From Azolla caroliniana (lineage: Eukaryota; Plantae; Polypodiophyta): 64,000 bases of DNA. The stretch covers positions 9,424,001-9,488,000 of the forward strand of contig JBHGNT010000017.1 of NCBI GenBank assembly GCA_043228905.1, written 5' to 3'. Position 1 is the first letter of the stretch, and each line of letters starts with the position of its first letter. A program made the position numbers and the translations under genes. Positions 60,449 to 64,000 of the stretch are shown here, piece after piece. The notes under the pieces were generated by a model. It did not search any database. It was not told the origin of the DNA and saw nothing but the letters and a program-made list of their open reading frames with translations.

Positions 60449-63400
60449 GAAATTCAGCACCGACCGGGGACGCAACACGCAGTGGCAGATTTTTTGAGCA
60501 GACTCGATAATGGAGAAACAGTATAGAAGGACGACGACGATTTTCCGGACGTCGACATCTTGCGGGTAGCAGCACTTGCAGAAAGAACGGAATCGACCTT
60601 TCCGGACCCGTGGCTTATGGAAATGACATACTTTTTTACTACGGGACTGCCTCCACCACAATTACTCACGGACGAGAAGAAACGACTAGCCGTCCGAAGC
60701 CGTAACTTCTGCCTCGTAGAAGGAATTTTATATCACAAAGGAAGTGACGGCATTTGGCGACGTGGGGTACGTCGGGATGAGAAGTGGTTTTATGGGAGGC
60801 GCATTGTAGCACGGCAGGCGGCCATTACGCGGGCGATGTTACAGCCCGAAAAATATGGCAAGCGGGCCTATGGTGGCCAACAACGCAGAAGGACGCATCC
60901 GAGTATTGTAGAAAGTGTGATTTGTGTCAACAGATGGGCCAGCCCATAGAGGGCGCAAGGATGCCACACCAGCCTGTATTACCGTTAGACCCCTTCCAAA
61001 AATGGGGATTGGATTTTTTGGGCCCCTTCACATTGGCGGCAGCCCGTATGGGCAATAAATACATATTGGTAGCCACGGATTATTGCACCAAGTGGGTAGA
61101 AGCAAAGGCACTACAAGAAAATACGGTAGCCATCACAACGAGATTCCTTTACGAGCACATATGGTGTCGGTTCGGCTGTCCGATTGAGCTCATCAGTGAC
61201 CAGCGGAGTCACTTTCTCAATACGGTGGTTCGGGAGCTAACACATCATTACGCTGTAGTCCACAAGAAGAGTACGCCATATTATCCACAGGCGAATGGGT
61301 TAGCGGAATCCACCAACAAGACGTTGCAGACCATCTTGAAGAAAATCGTCAATGAAAATAGAACGGACTGGGATACCAAATTACAGAGTGCGTTATGGGC
61401 ATACAGAACCAGTTACAAAACAAGCATACAGTCAACTCCGTTTCGACTAGCGTTTGGGCTGGAGACTGTGATGCCAGTAGAATTTCAGATACCGAGTTTA
61501 CGGATTCAGGTACGGGACCGACTATCGGAAGCCAAGTCGGAGGAGGTACGGCTCCACCAGCTACTCGAACTCGGGGAAAAACGTGAACACAGCATGGCTG
61601 TGTTGGAGTAGGAACGTCGACGGCATAAAGCGTTTGTGGATCGACATCAGAACGCAAGGGAAAAGGATTTCACCATCGGTCAAGCGGTGCTGGTTTTCCA
61701 AACCCGCATGGGCCATATGCCAGGGAAGTTATGATTCCGCTGGACATGCCCGTACTGGATAATTGGAGTGGAACAAGCCACGTTCCAACTAGGTACGCTG
61801 ACCGGGGAAGTATTACAGCAAAAGGTGAATGGGTTTCGCCTTAAACCTTACCTAGGCCCTACACCACCTAACCCATTCACCTCCGGACAAGACAAAGCCG
61901 GAGAACCCGCGGCGTAAGTGGATGGCCCCACTTGTATCATAATGTAAAAATAGGTTGTATGTAACCATTACGAAAAAAAAAGAAAAAAAAAAAGAGAAGA
62001 TAGCGACACTATTAAAGAAAAAGGACTAAATGCATGCACAAACTCCTAGATCAAGAACATGCGGCACCACGATGGCTCACCGCCCAATGAACCCTAAGCC
62101 ACAAAAAGAAGGAAATAGAAGATCTTCTGCATAAAACAGAAACCCACCTTCTAACTATTAGCGCTCCCATCGCTCCTCCCCCTCACCTTCTCCTCCATCC
62201 TATCACAGAGCTCCAGCCCACCACAACCACCAGTCTCCTCCCCACGAACCTACTCTGGCGATGCCGATCTTCATCTCTACTGCCTTACGCTGATGGCTCG
62301 TGGAGAAACGCCTAGATGGGTACATCCGGGTCGCAAAGTCACCTTCACACCTGGATGCCATGGACATTGCCAGAAAGCTTAACATCGACACGGTCACCAA
62401 CTCTTCCATCTAGAAAAAGTTGGACCTGTCATCGCTAGGCGAAAGACATTTCGAAATCCCTCCTGCAGAGGCGCTGCAGAGATATTTCGGTCCATATTCC
62501 TCCTCCGCCAAGGCCTATAGAACGAAGCAGATCCCGGATCCCTTCTTCCATGAAGTCGCCAAGTTCCTGTTAGAGGTCGGTTGCGTACACGTCAACGCAT
62601 ATGGGATGCCCAAGCAGAAGGCGGGTATCATTATTGATACCTCTGAAGGGCGTGCGGTCAATTGGGGGGTCATCACAAGGTCGGCGTTACGGGAAGGCAT
62701 GCATGCGTATCAAGGAGGCAAGAAGCTCAGGCCGATCATACAACAGTACCTTACGGTGCTATTCCCACCCCGAGGCCTGCCGGCACCGCAGCCCAGCCGA
62801 CCCACGCCTCCACCCCGATCTGCGAAGCGCAGGTTCACGGAGTTAGCTGCCCCAAAGTGGGAAGAGGAACCCCAACCCACCCAGCCAGACACACGGACAA
62901 TGCAAGAAGAACAGCCGGCACGCTCCGTGGAAGCAGCCCCAGCGCCAGACGCCGAAACACGGCAGGATAGCCCCAGACCGAAACGACGGAGATTGGATAG
63001 GAAAGATGGGCGGGGATTGGTCAAAGACGTCCCCACGGAAGTAGAGACAATGATCGAAGGCGATGGCTCCGCAACTACAGAGCCCAGTACCACCTTCGAA
63101 ATCATCCGGGAGCCACAGCCGATCATCACGACCCAGTCACAACGAGGGAAAGCCGTATTGACAGCGGGAAGAGAGGTTTTGGCATATCCAGATATCCCGG
63201 ACATGGCCCATGAGTTCAGTGCCCTCTTACAGTTCGGAACCTCTTTTGAGCTCATGGAATTCCTAGCAACGCAACAGATAAAGACCTCACAATGAATGGT
63301 CGAGGAGCACGCAGAGCGCTAGATGATCGAGCATGCCCAGACAGAGGAACGCTAGTGTACGATGAGTCGGGATGGAGCTACCCCCATTAAACACGGCCCT

Positions 63401-64000
63401 AGTCGAAGTCCATAGGGAACTAGCAAAGGTTAGCACGGGCGCCAAGGAGATGGCCATTAAAAATAAGAATGTCTGGAAGAAGGTGAAAATGACCCAAGCC
63501 GAGCTGCAAAAAGCCAACGAATGCATCGCGGAGTTGGAATCTAACGCAACTATGGCGCAACAGGCAACTCTGCCACCAAACCACGCCATCGACACTTTGA
63601 AGGAAGAAATTGAGGCTCAAACCTCCATTGCCTCAAAAGCAAAAAGGGTCGTGCAACTAGTGGAATTAGAAATTGACCGCCTTCGAGCTGAACTGCGCCA
63701 ATCCTCAGACAGAGAAAAGGAGATGTGGGCTAACGGCCGGAAGGCAGTAAAAACCCTTGAAGAGAAACTCGTTGTGGAGGTAGCACGGCACATCTGGACA
63801 AAAGATGAAAATGCCCAATTACGGGATGAAGCGAAGAAATCGGAGGCGGCAATCGCGGGACTCCGAACCTTATTGGAGAAAAAGAAGGTATGGTTCGACG
63901 AGCAGCTGGTGGTCGAATAGGAAAGAAGGCATCAGCTCGAAATCCTCCTAAACAATGAAATGGGGAAATTAGAAGAACACCATGCAAAGGAATCCCAGCT
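60449..64000 (+). mobile_element. Gypsy O, non-chromovirus (Athila/Tat-like): RNase H end, integrase and 3' extra ORF; runs off the window
   Basis: EIQHRPG...VADFLSR; H..GGH..C..C; KWGLDFLGP, ISDQ, NGLAE; VNGFRLKPY, stop at ~61917, no chromodomain. Confidence 0.85.
62261..64000 (+). pseudogene. Additional sense ORF downstream of Gypsy O pol (env-position ORF, function unknown)
   Basis: The frame from ATG 62261 continues through ORF 62420-63295 with two earlier stops, then ORF 63372-63920 is rich in heptad-like E/K/L/A. Confidence 0.65.

Overview
No host gene is visible. The whole 64 kb is a eukaryotic, plant-type nest of about 16 Ty1/Copia and Ty3/Gypsy LTR retrotransposons. The element types suggest a non-seed plant (moss, lycophyte or fern), but that is inference. 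The nesting can be rebuilt from LTR pairs, PBS/PPT sites, target-site duplications (TSDs) and interrupted reading frames. A Copia element spanning 6370-58188 splits the RT of an older Copia and holds a chromovirus (46069-55891), another chromovirus (7592-46068) and further Copia/Gypsy layers. Four insertions have clean 5-bp TSDs: 10557-15772, 21452-26804, 33223-43918 and 35507-40835. The last has identical LTRs and an intact 1357-aa polyprotein. The most interesting signals are cis-acting and are not shown by the ORF track. (1) A -1 frameshift cassette with an H-type pseudoknot lies between protease and RT of the first Gypsy. (2) A second -1 cassette lies between gag and protease of a Tcn1-like chromovirus. 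(3) The LTR of that chromovirus also carries a Tf1-type self-priming sequence, a perfect heat-shock element and a tRNA-like A/B-box module, which recurs in a second, otherwise dissimilar LTR. (4) An internal LINE endonuclease fragment is captured antisense inside a Gypsy RT. All alignments and difference counts were done by eye. Letters A-O are my own labels.
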